DNA from: an uncultured delta proteobacterium
GTDB taxonomy: Bacteria > Bdellovibrionota > FAC87 > UBA2466
Length of the DNA: 64,000 nucleotides
NCBI GenBank assembly: GCA_963778115.1
Contig: CAVZSV010000004.1
Coordinates: 960,001-1,024,000 of the forward strand
Direction of reading: 5' to 3'
Part shown: one piece after another, positions 18,697 through 28,577 of the stretch
Layout of the letters: every line of letters starts with the position of its first letter
How positions within the stretch are numbered: the stretch's first letter is position 1
Made by a program: the position numbers and the translations under genes
The notes under the pieces: generated by a model
Database searches by the model: none
Told to the model about the DNA's origin: nothing
Seen by the model: only the letters and a program-made list of their open reading frames with translations

Positions 18697-18723
18697 CAAA
18701 GGTCCCGCCGAACGGGCCGATAG
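18697..18723 (+). promoter_or_regulatory. Candidate sigma28 promoter for flbD-motAB
   Basis: CAAA-N15-GCCGATAG about 80 nt upstream of flbD. Confidence 0.6.
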
Positions 18724-18802
18724 TTCAAGAATCTCAATGGAATTCAAAGATATTCCGATACCTAATACGTAGTTCTTTAGCTAAACGCGGAAGGGATGTC
18801 CT

Positions 18803-19009
18803 TTGATTCGGCTCACTAAATTGGACGGAAAATCCATCGTTCTCAATGCGGAATGGATCCAAAGTGTGGAGTCTACACCGGACACTCTGATCACCCTCAC
18901 CAATGGTGAGAAATTGATGGTGAAAGAAAAAGTGGAAAACGTAATTACGGCTTTCAAAGAATATAAACGCGAAGTGACAGTCAGACCGCTAACCGGAGAT
19001 AGGTCATGA
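18803..19009 (+). CDS. flbD: Flagellar FlbD/SwrD family protein
   Basis: MIRLTKLDG..IVLNAE.I..VE.TPDT.ITLTNG.K..VKE. Confidence 0.9.
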   Translation: MIRLTKLDGKSIVLNAEWIQSVESTPDTLITLTNGEKLMVKEKVENVITAFKEYKREVTVRPLTGDRS

Positions 19010-19818
19010 TTCTAAGTTGGATCGGAATAGTTTTGGGAGTAGGAGGAATTCTACTCGGACAGGTGCTCGAAGGAGGAGGGAAAATCGAATCCCTTGCCTC
19101 TCTCGTTCAGCCGACCGCAGCACTCATCGTATTTGGAGGAACGCTGGGAGCGACCCTGCTCTCTTCGACCCTTAGTGAGTTCAGCCAAGCCCTTCGCGCC
19201 ATTCCGAAAATATTCCTCAGTAAAGGACATAACTTCGATCCTCTCATCAAAGAGATCGTGACCATGGCTTCCCAGGCTCGCCGCGAGGGAATTCTGGCGC
19301 TCGAACGATCGGTAGGAACCATTAAGAACCCTTTTTTCTCGCACAACCTTCGTCACGTGATCGACGGGTATGACCCTACGGTTTTAAAAGAGATGGTAGA
19401 AGACAGAATTGGAAAAGAAGAAGAAGAAAAAACCGCCGTCGCGAAGGTATTCGAAACCGCGGGAGGGTTTAGTCCTACTGTCGGAATTATCGGAGCCGTG
19501 CTGGGACTGATCCACGTGATGGAAAACTTAAAAGACTCCAGCAAATTGGGAGCTGGAATTGCCGTAGCATTCGTTGCCACCGTTTATGGAGTAGGAGCTG
19601 CAAACCTTGTCCTTTTGCCGATAGCCAACAAGCTCAAGAAATTGGCCAAAGAAGACATTATTGAAATGGAGCTTATCGCATCCGGGCTATTAGGAATTCA
19701 AAACGGCCTTAACCCTCGGGTTATCGAAGACAGGCTGGCCAATATCATCTGCGAATACACTTCTGAAGACGGCGGGGGAAAAGGCGGCGGAGCCGAAGGC
19801 GAGAAAAAAGCGGCATAA
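19006..19818 (+). CDS. motA: Flagellar stator protein MotA
   Basis: AALIVFGGT, ARREGILALE, PTVGIIGAVLGLI, AFVATVYGV. Confidence 0.95.
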   Translation: MILSWIGIVLGVGGILLGQVLEGGGKIESLASLVQPTAALIVFGGTLGATLLSSTLSEFSQALRAIPKIFLSKGHNFDPLIKEIVTMASQARREGILALERSVGTIKNPFFSHNLRHVIDGYDPTVLKEMVEDRIGKEEEEKTAVAKVFETAGGFSPTVGIIGAVLGLIHVMENLKDSSKLGAGIAVAFVATVYGVGAANLVLLPIANKLKKLAKEDIIEMELIASGLLGIQNGLNPRVIEDRLANIICEYTSEDGGGKGGGAEGEKKAA

Positions 19819-19821
19819 ACC

Positions 19822-20592
19822 ATGGCAAGAAAGAAAAAACACGAAGAAGAAGAGAAGCTGGAGCGGTGGCTCGTCTCTTACGCTGACTTCATTACCCTTC
19901 TTTTCGCCTTTTTCACGGTTATGTACGCGCTTTCTCAGGCGGACCAGAATAAATATAAAGAGGCTGCGGAATCGATCCAAAGAGCCTTTCTTTCTTCCGG
20001 AGGAATCTTTCCTTTGAAAGGAAGTCCTTTTACCCCTTTCGACAAGCCACCCGATCAAGGGGCACCGACTCCTCCGTCGCCGCAGGATATGGGTAAGTTT
20101 GCTACCCAGCAGGATGAAAAAGCGGTGAGTAAGATTCGAGAAGACATCCAAGGCCTCTTCGAAAAGTCGACGGGCTTGAATTTGCAAAAAGGCGATATCG
20201 ACGTTTACAAGACAGAATCAGGTTTTAAAATTCGTTTACAAGAAGATGTAGTTTTCTCATCCCATAGCGACAAGATCCGCCGAGCGGATATTCCGTTTCT
20301 ATACGAAATAGGAAAGCGCTTAGCGCGCACCGGAATGCAAGTCCAAGTCGAAGGACATAGCGACGCTTATGAGGGTTCCGATCCGTGGAAACTTTCGATG
20401 GCCCGAGGCTACAATATCGCCCGTTTTTTCATGGAAGCCAGCCAATTTCCGAGAGGTAACATCTCTGTCGGTGGCTTTGGAGATTCTAGACCCCTAGCCA
20501 GTAACGACACGACCGAAGGCCGCAGCCGCAACCGCCGGGTTGAGATCGCCGTTATCACTAACAACCAGCCCATTTCTGAAATGCCTTGGTAA
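19822..20592 (+). CDS. motB: Flagellar stator protein MotB
   Basis: WLVSYADFITLLFAFF; OmpA-like domain EGHSD...NRRVEI. Confidence 0.95.
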   Translation: MARKKKHEEEEKLERWLVSYADFITLLFAFFTVMYALSQADQNKYKEAAESIQRAFLSSGGIFPLKGSPFTPFDKPPDQGAPTPPSPQDMGKFATQQDEKAVSKIREDIQGLFEKSTGLNLQKGDIDVYKTESGFKIRLQEDVVFSSHSDKIRRADIPFLYEIGKRLARTGMQVQVEGHSDAYEGSDPWKLSMARGYNIARFFMEASQFPRGNISVGGFGDSRPLASNDTTEGRSRNRRVEIAVITNNQPISEMPW

Positions 20593-20601
20593 ACAAAACT
20601 A

Positions 20602-20685
20602 ACTAAAGGTATCCGTTACATCCAGTCCGCGGACTGGATGTAACGGATACCTTTAGTCTAACTGATACCTTTAGTCCCTTTAGTC
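20602..20685. repeat. Perfect 56-bp palindrome plus tandem partial copies of its arm end
   Basis: ACTAAAGGTATCCGTTACATCCAGTCCG|CGGACTGGATGTAACGGATACCTTTAGT (20602-20657), then GATACCTTTAGTC and CCTTTAGTC again. Confidence 0.92.
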
Positions 20686-20959
20686 AAAACTCGCCGACTT
20701 TATTAGCCAGCGCCAAGCCGTGGGTTGAGAGTTGGTAATCGGTGAATTGATCAATCCCGTCACTGACTATCTTTTGATCTTCGGGTTCGACCAATTGAAA
20801 ATGAGGGAGTTCGTATTCGTTCACTATGGGATGGCGAAATTCATCTCCGTGGGAACTCTCTTCGGCATGAGCGCTGTCGTTCACGGCAACAACGGAAGCG
20901 GGTGTTGCCACCGCAAGAAACAAGATTGCCGCAAATGAGACTTTTATGAAAATTCGCAC
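20684..20959 (-). CDS. Small exported hypothetical protein
   Basis: Signal-peptide-like N-terminus; fills the gap between motB and the GNAT gene. Confidence 0.55.
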   Translation of the reverse strand: MRIFIKVSFAAILFLAVATPASVVAVNDSAHAEESSHGDEFRHPIVNEYELPHFQLVEPEDQKIVSDGIDQFTDYQLSTHGLALANKVGEF

Positions 20960-21055
20960 TAGCCCCGCCCCCTAAAGTTTGTCTAATAAGTATATCGGAT
21001 TTAAGGTCTTCGAACCAAGGTACGTAATGGAAAATCCATTACCTCTAGGTTTCAT

Positions 21056-22006
21056 TTGGAGTTTCCAGTGGATGCGCTGCAATACGTCAGCAAATTGACG
21101 CCTGCCCAGATTCATCAGACCCAACAGGACAGTCTGGCACTCTGGGGAGCAGGGCTTACGCTCCCCACGCGAGTCGAGCGATTGTCGGACCTGCTACAAT
21201 TCGCCGGTCCGGACCGTTTTCGCGTTAGCGGCCTGGTCGATAGTCGGGGCTTCGTGCCCTGCTCCCTTAAGCGTCACGACCTTGTCCTTAATGTAGCGGG
21301 AACGCTTAGAAACACGTTAGGAATCGGAGCCGTCTTTACCGCACAGGCCTACCGAAAAAATGGCTTGGCGAGGCAGCTCATTGAGGCAGTTTTAGAAGAG
21401 GCGACCCAAGAGAACTACGAATTGGCCGTTCTGTTCTCCGATATCGATCCTTCTTACTACGCAAAATTAGGATTTATCGAGATTCCCGCATGGCGATATG
21501 AGTTTGAACTATCCACACTGCTCGAACGTCACCCTAGCGATCAAGCGCTCGACTTTCGTTTGGCAACCGCGGCTGATTTGCCAAAACTCTTACAGTGGTA
21601 CGACTCGAGTTGGCCTCATTCCTACACTAGACCTGATAGAGATCCTTTTCGGTGGGAATTTTTTCGTCGTCGGATAGGGTATCCCGCGGACCTGATCTTG
21701 AGTCAGGACTCGCTAGAGATAGGGTATCTCACCCTCTCGCAAGCAAGACCGAACGTGATGTGGATAGACGAAATCGTAGTCGCCCCACAGTTTGTAAACC
21801 GCGCTTGGTCTACTATCAGCCGGTTAGCGATGGAGAAAAGATACTCCGGAGCAGCGGGATTTCTCCCGAAATTTCTGCTCCCTGAGCATATTTCAGAAAG
21901 GACTAGACGGAATAAGGCCGTGCCCATGGTAAAGGAACTTCGGGCCGGCGCTTTGGCCGGCCTCGAAAAAGGACTTGCTCACTTCAACGGCCCTGATCTT
22001 TTTTAA
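21056..22006 (+). CDS. GNAT family N-acetyltransferase (tandem GNAT, Eis-like)
   Basis: GIGAVFT..AYRKNGLA..L, LFSDI.PSYYAKLGF. Confidence 0.8.
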   Translation: MEFPVDALQYVSKLTPAQIHQTQQDSLALWGAGLTLPTRVERLSDLLQFAGPDRFRVSGLVDSRGFVPCSLKRHDLVLNVAGTLRNTLGIGAVFTAQAYRKNGLARQLIEAVLEEATQENYELAVLFSDIDPSYYAKLGFIEIPAWRYEFELSTLLERHPSDQALDFRLATAADLPKLLQWYDSSWPHSYTRPDRDPFRWEFFRRRIGYPADLILSQDSLEIGYLTLSQARPNVMWIDEIVVAPQFVNRAWSTISRLAMEKRYSGAAGFLPKFLLPEHISERTRRNKAVPMVKELRAGALAGLEKGLAHFNGPDLF

Positions 22007-22828
22007 CTACTTCTTTTGAGGAGCGACAGCATCGTTAGCGGTACCGCGCGAATCCTGGAGCTTACGATCGATAATCTGCGAGAAGGAATCGATTGGATAG
22101 GCTCCTTTGAGTCTAACGCCAGCCACGATGAATCCGGGAGTTCCAGAGAATTCGAACTTCTGAGCTTCCGCGGTGTCAGCGGCAATGCGCGTCTTTACCG
22201 TTTCGGACTCAATGTCCTTCTTGTACTTCGCCATATTGACGCCAAGTTTCTGAGCAATGCCATCGAGAAACTTTTCGCCGCCCGAGTTGAGCTGATCCTG
22301 ATGAGTGAAGACTTCATCATGATACTTAAACGCCTTTTCGGGACTTTGCATGGAGATCGCAACGAACCGTTTAGCTGCCGGCATGGCCATGGGGTGGAAA
22401 GGCAACGGCATGTTCTTGTAGACGAACTTAATTTTATCGCCGTACTTCTGTTCTACCTGAGCCATCGTGTTAAAACCGCGCTGACAGTAGGGACACTGAA
22501 AATCGGAGTACTCCACAATGAGAATCGGGGCGTTCTTGTTGCCTCTCATGGGATGGTAGTCGGCGATTTCTGGAGACTTGGGATTTTTAAACTCCGCCTC
22601 CATATTCTCTTTTTCTTGCTGCATCGCTTTCATCTGCGCCGTCTTTTGAGCTACCTGTTGAATCTCCTGCATCGCTTCCGCGAACTTCTCCGGATTCTTC
22701 TTGATAGCGTCGATGATCCACTCCGGATGCTTTTCTAACGCCGCTTTGATATCGCTGGGTTTCGTGCAACCCACCGTTAGCATCAAAGTGGCGATCGCCA
22801 TGAGAAATAGTTGAGAACACGTTTTCAT
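22007..22828 (-). CDS. DsbA-family thioredoxin-fold lipoprotein
   Basis: LTVGC lipobox; VEYSDFQCPYC; PLPFH..A..AA; GTPGF. Confidence 0.9.
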   Translation of the reverse strand: MKTCSQLFLMAIATLMLTVGCTKPSDIKAALEKHPEWIIDAIKKNPEKFAEAMQEIQQVAQKTAQMKAMQQEKENMEAEFKNPKSPEIADYHPMRGNKNAPILIVEYSDFQCPYCQRGFNTMAQVEQKYGDKIKFVYKNMPLPFHPMAMPAAKRFVAISMQSPEKAFKYHDEVFTHQDQLNSGGEKFLDGIAQKLGVNMAKYKKDIESETVKTRIAADTAEAQKFEFSGTPGFIVAGVRLKGAYPIDSFSQIIDRKLQDSRGTANDAVAPQKK

Positions 22829-22843
22829 TTTCTAGTCCTTCCT

Positions 22844-24073
22844 TTAGTCGTGTTGTCGGCGGAGGAAAGTAGGAATATCGTACTCCTCCGTTTCGAAAAA
22901 TCGTTTTCCAATTTCACGGGCAAGCTGCCGAGCCGATTTGAGATCCGGCTGGAGCGGCTCGCGCTTAGCGGGACTTGCCACTGTCGGACTCATCTCTGTC
23001 TCGATGGCGGCACTCGCGGGGGCCGGGGAACTTACCGTTACCGGAATCTCTTTAGTGACCGTAGAAGTCACCGTAATAGTCTCAGTTACCGTTTCACTTA
23101 CTTCGGCGACAGCCGGAGGATTGAATCCCGTTGCTATAACCGTCACACGAACTTCGTCTTTAAGCGATTCATCGATGACGGATCCGAAAATAATTTCCGC
23201 CTCTTCATGCGCTTCTTCGGTGATCAAAGAGGACGCTTCGTTAACTTCGAACAGAGTCAGATCGGGCCCGCCGGTTATGTTAATAATGATTCCCGTCGCA
23301 CCATTGATCGAAACGTCCTCAAGGAGCGGTGAAGAGATCGCCTTTCTAGCGGCTTCGATAGCCCTGTTTTCACCGGAAGCAACTCCCGTGCCCATCAGTG
23401 CTAGGCCTTTGTTGCACATTACGGTGCGCACATCGGCGAAATCTAGATTGATGAGTCCCCTGATGTTGATGAGATCAGAGATCCCTTTCACTGCTTGATA
23501 CAAAACTTCATCGGCCTTCTTGAAACAATCAAGCATCGTGGTCGTTTCATTAGCGACGTAGAGCAGGCGTTGATTAGGAATGCAAATCAGCGTGTCGACC
23601 GCTTCTTTAAGTTCATTAATCCCTTTATCCGCGTTCTTGCGGCGTTTCTTGCCTTCAAAGTTAAAGGGCTTGGTCACAACGCCCACGGTTAACGCGCCAG
23701 CCTCTTTCGCGATCTTAGCAATGACAGGCGCTCCGCCGGTTCCCGTCCCGCCTCCCATTCCGGCGGTGATGAAAACCATGTCCGCTCCATAAAGCGATTC
23801 GGCGATCCTAGAAGCGTCTTCGAGAGCCGATTTCTTACCGACTTCCGGATTGGCTCCGGCACCCAGGCCCTTAGTCAATTCTGATCCCAATTGGATATGA
23901 TTGGGAGCGGGATTGCTGTTGAGCGCTTGACTGTCCGTATTCGCCGCGACGAAATCAACTCCGGTAAGCCCCAGAGAAATCATGGTTGCCACCGCGTTGG
24001 TGCCACCTCCACCTACGCCGATTACTTTAATACGTGCACCCTGAGCTTGGTCTTTTTCTTCGATTTCAAACAT
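22844..24073 (-). CDS. ftsZ: Cell division protein FtsZ
   Basis: [31 protein letters not shown]-terminal DIPTFLR; GGAGG RBS before ATG 24073. Confidence 0.98.
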   Translation of the reverse strand: MFEIEEKDQAQGARIKVIGVGGGGTNAVATMISLGLTGVDFVAANTDSQALNSNPAPNHIQLGSELTKGLGAGANPEVGKKSALEDASRIAESLYGADMVFITAGMGGGTGTGGAPVIAKIAKEAGALTVGVVTKPFNFEGKKRRKNADKGINELKEAVDTLICIPNQRLLYVANETTTMLDCFKKADEVLYQAVKGISDLINIRGLINLDFADVRTVMCNKGLALMGTGVASGENRAIEAARKAISSPLLEDVSINGATGIIINITGGPDLTLFEVNEASSLITEEAHEEAEIIFGSVIDESLKDEVRVTVIATGFNPPAVAEVSETVTETITVTSTVTKEIPVTVSSPAPASAAIETEMSPTVASPAKREPLQPDLKSARQLAREIGKRFFETEEYDIPTFLRRQHD

Positions 24074-24108
24074 GGTGACCTCCTTAGGCTTACCTTTTTT
24101 GCTACTTT

Positions 24109-25353
24109 TCAAAACACATCTCCCAGCCAGTTCCTCATCCGAGAAACGACTTTTAAATAAATGTTGTCTTCACGAACCCTAAAGCGAACTTCACTCGAAT
24201 TCTTTTGTCCGTAGATCAAAAGTCCGACCGCCGTCGCATACATGGGGGAGTTCACAATATCGGTCAATCCCCCTACACCTTGCGGCTGTCCCCGACGGAC
24301 CGGCAATTCCAGTAAAAACTCGGCAAGCTCCTGCATGCCATCAAGCAAGGACGCCCCGCCGGTAATCACCACACCGCCCGAGAGCATGTGCTTGTAGCCG
24401 CTGTTGGTAATTTCTTGATTCACTAGCGCCCAGATCTCTTCAACGCGAGGTTCGATAATTTTCGACAAAACGGATTGAGACACTTCACGGGGTTTACGAC
24501 CACCGGTCGCTGTGACTTCTATCGCTTGATCCGAGGAAAGCAGCGAGGACATGGCACAACCGGAGTGCACTTTTATCGCTTCGGCGTCCTGGATCGAAGT
24601 CCTCAATCCAACCGCAATATCGTTGGTGATGTGGTTTCCCCCCATAGGGATAACGGCGGTATGCACGACACTTCCTCTGACAAAGAGCGCAATATCGGTC
24701 GTTCCTCCACCGATATCGATGAGTGCTACGCCCAAATCTTTTTCGTCGTCGGTAAGGGTTGCTTCGGCGGAAGCGAGTGGCTCCAAAACGATATCGCTGA
24801 CATTGAGGCCAGCTAAATTGGCACACTTGATAATATTTTGAGCGGAAGAGACGGCCCCCGTGACCACGTGCACACGGGATTCCAGACGAACCCCCGACAT
24901 GCCGACGGGGTCTCGAACGCCGTCTTGATCGTTAATGATAAATTCTTGGGGGATAACGTGAATCACTTCTCTGTCCAACGGAATGGCAATGGCTTTGGCG
25001 GCGTCTATGGAACGCTCAACGTCGTGCGTCGTAACCTCTTTATCTTTGATCGCAACGACACCGCTGCTGTTAAAACCTTTGATATGGCCGCCGGCAATTC
25101 CGGCAAAGACATTCGAAATTTTGACACCCGCCATGAGTTCCGCAACTTCGACGGCTTTTTTAATAGCCTCTACCGTGCTCGGGATGTTGACGACAACACC
25201 TTTGCGGATTCCTTGCGAGGGCTGTTTGCCAATACCGACGATTTCTATGCCGTCGGAAGTGGGATGGCCTACGACCACGCAAATCTTCGTAGTGCCAAAG
25301 TCGATACCGACGATAGCGTCGTTTTGTTTCATGCCCTTCTTGAAGCCAGACAT
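24109..25353 (-). CDS. ftsA: Cell division protein FtsA
   Basis: [46 protein letters not shown]. Confidence 0.97.
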   Translation of the reverse strand: MSGFKKGMKQNDAIVGIDFGTTKICVVVGHPTSDGIEIVGIGKQPSQGIRKGVVVNIPSTVEAIKKAVEVAELMAGVKISNVFAGIAGGHIKGFNSSGVVAIKDKEVTTHDVERSIDAAKAIAIPLDREVIHVIPQEFIINDQDGVRDPVGMSGVRLESRVHVVTGAVSSAQNIIKCANLAGLNVSDIVLEPLASAEATLTDDEKDLGVALIDIGGGTTDIALFVRGSVVHTAVIPMGGNHITNDIAVGLRTSIQDAEAIKVHSGCAMSSLLSSDQAIEVTATGGRKPREVSQSVLSKIIEPRVEEIWALVNQEITNSGYKHMLSGGVVITGGASLLDGMQELAEFLLELPVRRGQPQGVGGLTDIVNSPMYATAVGLLIYGQKNSSEVRFRVREDNIYLKVVSRMRNWLGDVF

Positions 25354-25497
25354 AAACTAGCACCCCAAAAAGTAAAAGCCTGAAAGGCTTCCCATCACCG
25401 GTCTCTCTTCGACGGAATCGCTGCTGGGGTCTAACTACCGACTGGGAACTGTAAATATTTAAAATGATGAAAAGTTCAGGAAATGCTTGAAACAACT

Positions 25498-26271
25498 TTA
25501 GTTCGAAAGCGAGGCGCTGACAACAGCTTTCTTCGGGATGGTGAGATTGATGCGGTGAATCGTACCAACTTCCGGGGGTGGATTTTGGACGAGAAGGGCA
25601 AGTCTTGAGATCTGAGCGGTCCAATTTTCGATGTTGAAAAGTATTTCCAGACGAGTGGAAGAGAGAAAAAGACGGACATTAGGATAGGACCGAAGATTTA
25701 CTTCGGAAACGTCCATAGACTTACCCAGCGTGCTTTTCACCGATTGCAAAAGTTCAAAAACTTCTCCAATTTTCCAACGGGAGTCGTCCTCTTGTCCTTC
25801 CCAAGCAATGACCGGCAAATCGTGGCCAAGATTTACGGAGGGTTCGACCCTCTCAATCAGATGTCCTTCTCCGTCCATAAAATAAGTTTTCCCCCGCCAA
25901 AGCGCGATTGCACGAGCAGTTACCGTATCTACGGAAATTAAGATGCGATCGGGGTACTGCTTTTTAACCGAGACCGATTTTACCCAGGGGCGCTTTTCAA
26001 GATTCTTCATCAAAAGCGAAGCATCGACCAACAAGATACTGCTTCCCTCGAGGTGTGGAATCCAATTATGGATACGAGCCGCCGTGAGCGGCCATTGGGC
26101 TTGGATCACCACATCTTTGACGTGAAGCCACTGCATCTTGGAAACAAACCGGTCCACCCCTAGGAGATTATGAAAGTAATAGACGCAAAGAGACAGCGAG
26201 ATAACCCCTAGAAAAAAAACTCTAGCGGGCCGTAAAAAAGGGTTCTTGGATTCGGCTTCTTTCTTTTGCAT
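25498..26271 (-). CDS. ftsQ: Cell division protein FtsQ/DivIB
   Basis: One TM helix, POTRA motif (PWVKSVSVKKQYPDRI.I), upstream of ftsA. Confidence 0.82.
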   Translation of the reverse strand: MQKKEAESKNPFLRPARVFFLGVISLSLCVYYFHNLLGVDRFVSKMQWLHVKDVVIQAQWPLTAARIHNWIPHLEGSSILLVDASLLMKNLEKRPWVKSVSVKKQYPDRILISVDTVTARAIALWRGKTYFMDGEGHLIERVEPSVNLGHDLPVIAWEGQEDDSRWKIGEVFELLQSVKSTLGKSMDVSEVNLRSYPNVRLFLSSTRLEILFNIENWTAQISRLALLVQNPPPEVGTIHRINLTIPKKAVVSASLSN

Positions 26272-26276
26272 AGCTA

Positions 26277-27275
26277 TTAGGCGGCTTGAGCGATCGATTC
26301 CGTGGGACTTCCAAAAAAACTTTGCTCATACTGCTGTGCGATTTTGTCGGAGTCTAACTTGGAGAAGATGTGGTCCTGGAATTCCTTCGCCATGGCGCAG
26401 CGAAGTTCTGGATTATCGAATAGGCGAATTACCAGCTCTCCCATCGGCCTCGTTTCATTCACGGGAACTACGAACCCGCTCTTTCCATCTTGAACCAGGG
26501 TTTCGATTCCCGGCAATTCCGTGCAAACGGCGGCCGCTCCGGCAGCGGCACCGAAAAGAAGGGGCAGGAAATGGTCATTTCGCAACGGAGCATAAAGCAT
26601 AATATCGAGTGAAGCGATTTCGTCGCAGCGAATCGTTTCCACCAGGGTAACATTCTCTTCCAGTCCGAGTTCCACGATTAATTTCGAAAGATGTCTGTGC
26701 AGGGGACCCGATCCCAAAATGCGAAAGCGGGCTTCAGGACGCTTACGACTCACATAGTGCGCGATATTGAGGACAAAGTTGAGATTAGATTGCTCTTCGA
26801 ACCTACCGAAAGCACCGATCAACGGTGCTTTTTTAGAAGGTGGCTTGGTCACGGAACTCTGTGGAGCAGCGCACAAGGGCAGATAGCTCACCTGGTCACG
26901 CCTTAAACCTTCGAGCTCCGCAAAAAACCGGAAGTTAATGGGGCTATGTGCCAAAACTTTCACCTTCGAGTAACTATTAGGCCGTAACTTTCTCCACAAT
27001 AAAGTGAACAGATTTCGCGACTCTGGTGGGATTCCAAATACCGAAACAAACACCTGCGGTCCCGATTTGAGCCGAAGGGTCTCTAATGCCTTTTTCCAGT
27101 CCCGGGCCAATACCCAAACGGCGTCACTGGAAGCGGGAACTGGCTGAGAAGGATTGACCTCCCTTACGGTACACACCTTACCTAGCGCCGAAAGAACAGG
27201 GCGAATCCCTTCGATTTCCCACGGTTGAATGTCGGGAAAAAAAATACACGTAAGTTCGTGTTTAGCGAATGGCAT
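26277..27275 (-). CDS. GT-B (GT4-like) glycosyltransferase, degenerate
   Basis: IGAFGRF, F.ILGSGPL, LVQDGKSGFVV; the canonical E-x7-E motif is replaced. Confidence 0.72.
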   Translation of the reverse strand: MPFAKHELTCIFFPDIQPWEIEGIRPVLSALGKVCTVREVNPSQPVPASSDAVWVLARDWKKALETLRLKSGPQVFVSVFGIPPESRNLFTLLWRKLRPNSYSKVKVLAHSPINFRFFAELEGLRRDQVSYLPLCAAPQSSVTKPPSKKAPLIGAFGRFEEQSNLNFVLNIAHYVSRKRPEARFRILGSGPLHRHLSKLIVELGLEENVTLVETIRCDEIASLDIMLYAPLRNDHFLPLLFGAAAGAAAVCTELPGIETLVQDGKSGFVVPVNETRPMGELVIRLFDNPELRCAMAKEFQDHIFSKLDSDKIAQQYEQSFFGSPTESIAQAA

Positions 27276-27478
27276 TGCTCACTTTTTCCGATTGTTGGTT
27301 TTTAAGAATTCTGATGCTGTGAGTCGAAATAGGGATTTCGAGCGTCCCGGGAAAGGCTTCGCTCAGACTCTATTATACCGTTTTGTAGCTATTCCGTGGC
27401 TAAGAAAATTACGATGGCAGGCGACATTCGGAAGCCTGCGCTATCGATCGGGACACCGCCGAGCTTACGGTTAAAAAT

Positions 27479-28531
27479 TTACACTGTCTTTTCGTTGATG
27501 AAGTCGATGAGTCGTCGAAGACTGGCGACATCTTTACGATCGGCCTTAAAGACGAGTCTAGGATACTTTTCTAGCTCTGGTTCATTTCCCTCTTCTTCGA
27601 GAGGACCAGTCAATTTAAAGTCCCCTTCCAAGGATAAAGCGGCAAACTTCTCTTGCATCTGCTTCATCACTGCAGGACTAGGCTTCTTCTTAAGCCGAAA
27701 AACCACTCTGTCTTTCACGAAGCGCATGGAGTGATAAACGCGATAGAAAGTATCTATTTCGTTCAGAGCACTTTCGGCAGTATTACAGATTTTATATAAG
27801 GCACTATCGCTCGGCGATATATACCCGCGGGATAGGACCTCTTTCTCGAGAAACTTTACAAACGCCTCCCAAAAACCAACTCCTTTGGGCTCCACGAAAA
27901 CCACGGGAAAGAGATTGCTCTTTCCGGTTTGAAGAAGAGTAAGCACTTCAAAGGCCTCGTCAAAAGTACCAAACCCCCCCGGGAAAAAAGCAAACGCCGC
28001 CGCTTCTTTCACCAGAAACAGTTTTCGAGTAAAAAAGTATTTGTAATTGATAAGCATCTTCACAGGATCAATGAAGGGATTTGGGGTCTGTTCGAAGGGA
28101 AGACGGATATTAAGGCCAAAACCGCCCTTTTCGGCACCTTCGTTACCCGCGGCCATGATACCCGGGCCTCCGCCAGTAATGACCATCCACTTTTTCTTAA
28201 CCGCGAGTGCCGCAAAATCTTTGGCAATTTTATAGCAAGGATCATTGACCGGAGTTCGCGCCGAACCAAAGATCGTAATCTTGGGGATGTGCCGGTGCGG
28301 ATAGAACATCTTGAAGGAAAATCTAAGTTCCTTTAGCACCGAAGATGTGATTTTTAAATTTAAAGTGCCCGGATTCTCTTTGGCTAGCTTAAGCGCGGAC
28401 TTAAAAATTTCATTCAAAAGATGGACGCGGTTTGGCTTATGATCCTTTGCCACACTGGCTAGGAGCTTTTCTAGCTCTTGCCAATCCGTCGTTACCTCAT
28501 GAGAAGCTGTAATTTCCGTTGTTTCATCCAT
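27479..28531 (-). CDS. LOG family (TIGR00730) nucleotide monophosphate nucleosidase
   Basis: IFGSART, ITGGGPGIMAAGN, LPFEQ..N, YFFTRK, PGGFGT.DE. Confidence 0.9.
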   Translation of the reverse strand: MDETTEITASHEVTTDWQELEKLLASVAKDHKPNRVHLLNEIFKSALKLAKENPGTLNLKITSSVLKELRFSFKMFYPHRHIPKITIFGSARTPVNDPCYKIAKDFAALAVKKKWMVITGGGPGIMAAGNEGAEKGGFGLNIRLPFEQTPNPFIDPVKMLINYKYFFTRKLFLVKEAAAFAFFPGGFGTFDEAFEVLTLLQTGKSNLFPVVFVEPKGVGFWEAFVKFLEKEVLSRGYISPSDSALYKICNTAESALNEIDTFYRVYHSMRFVKDRVVFRLKKKPSPAVMKQMQEKFAALSLEGDFKLTGPLEEEGNEPELEKYPRLVFKADRKDVASLRRLIDFINEKTV

Positions 28532-28577
28532 TGATTTCAATTTGCATGCTTCGTCTCTTTACTGTTTAATTTAGCTC

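Noticed and set aside
22016..25383. Long antisense ORFs over dsbA, ftsZ and ftsA (and similar shadows over rodZ, fliK, carB)
   Set aside because: Shadow frames of well-supported genes with no independent motifs.
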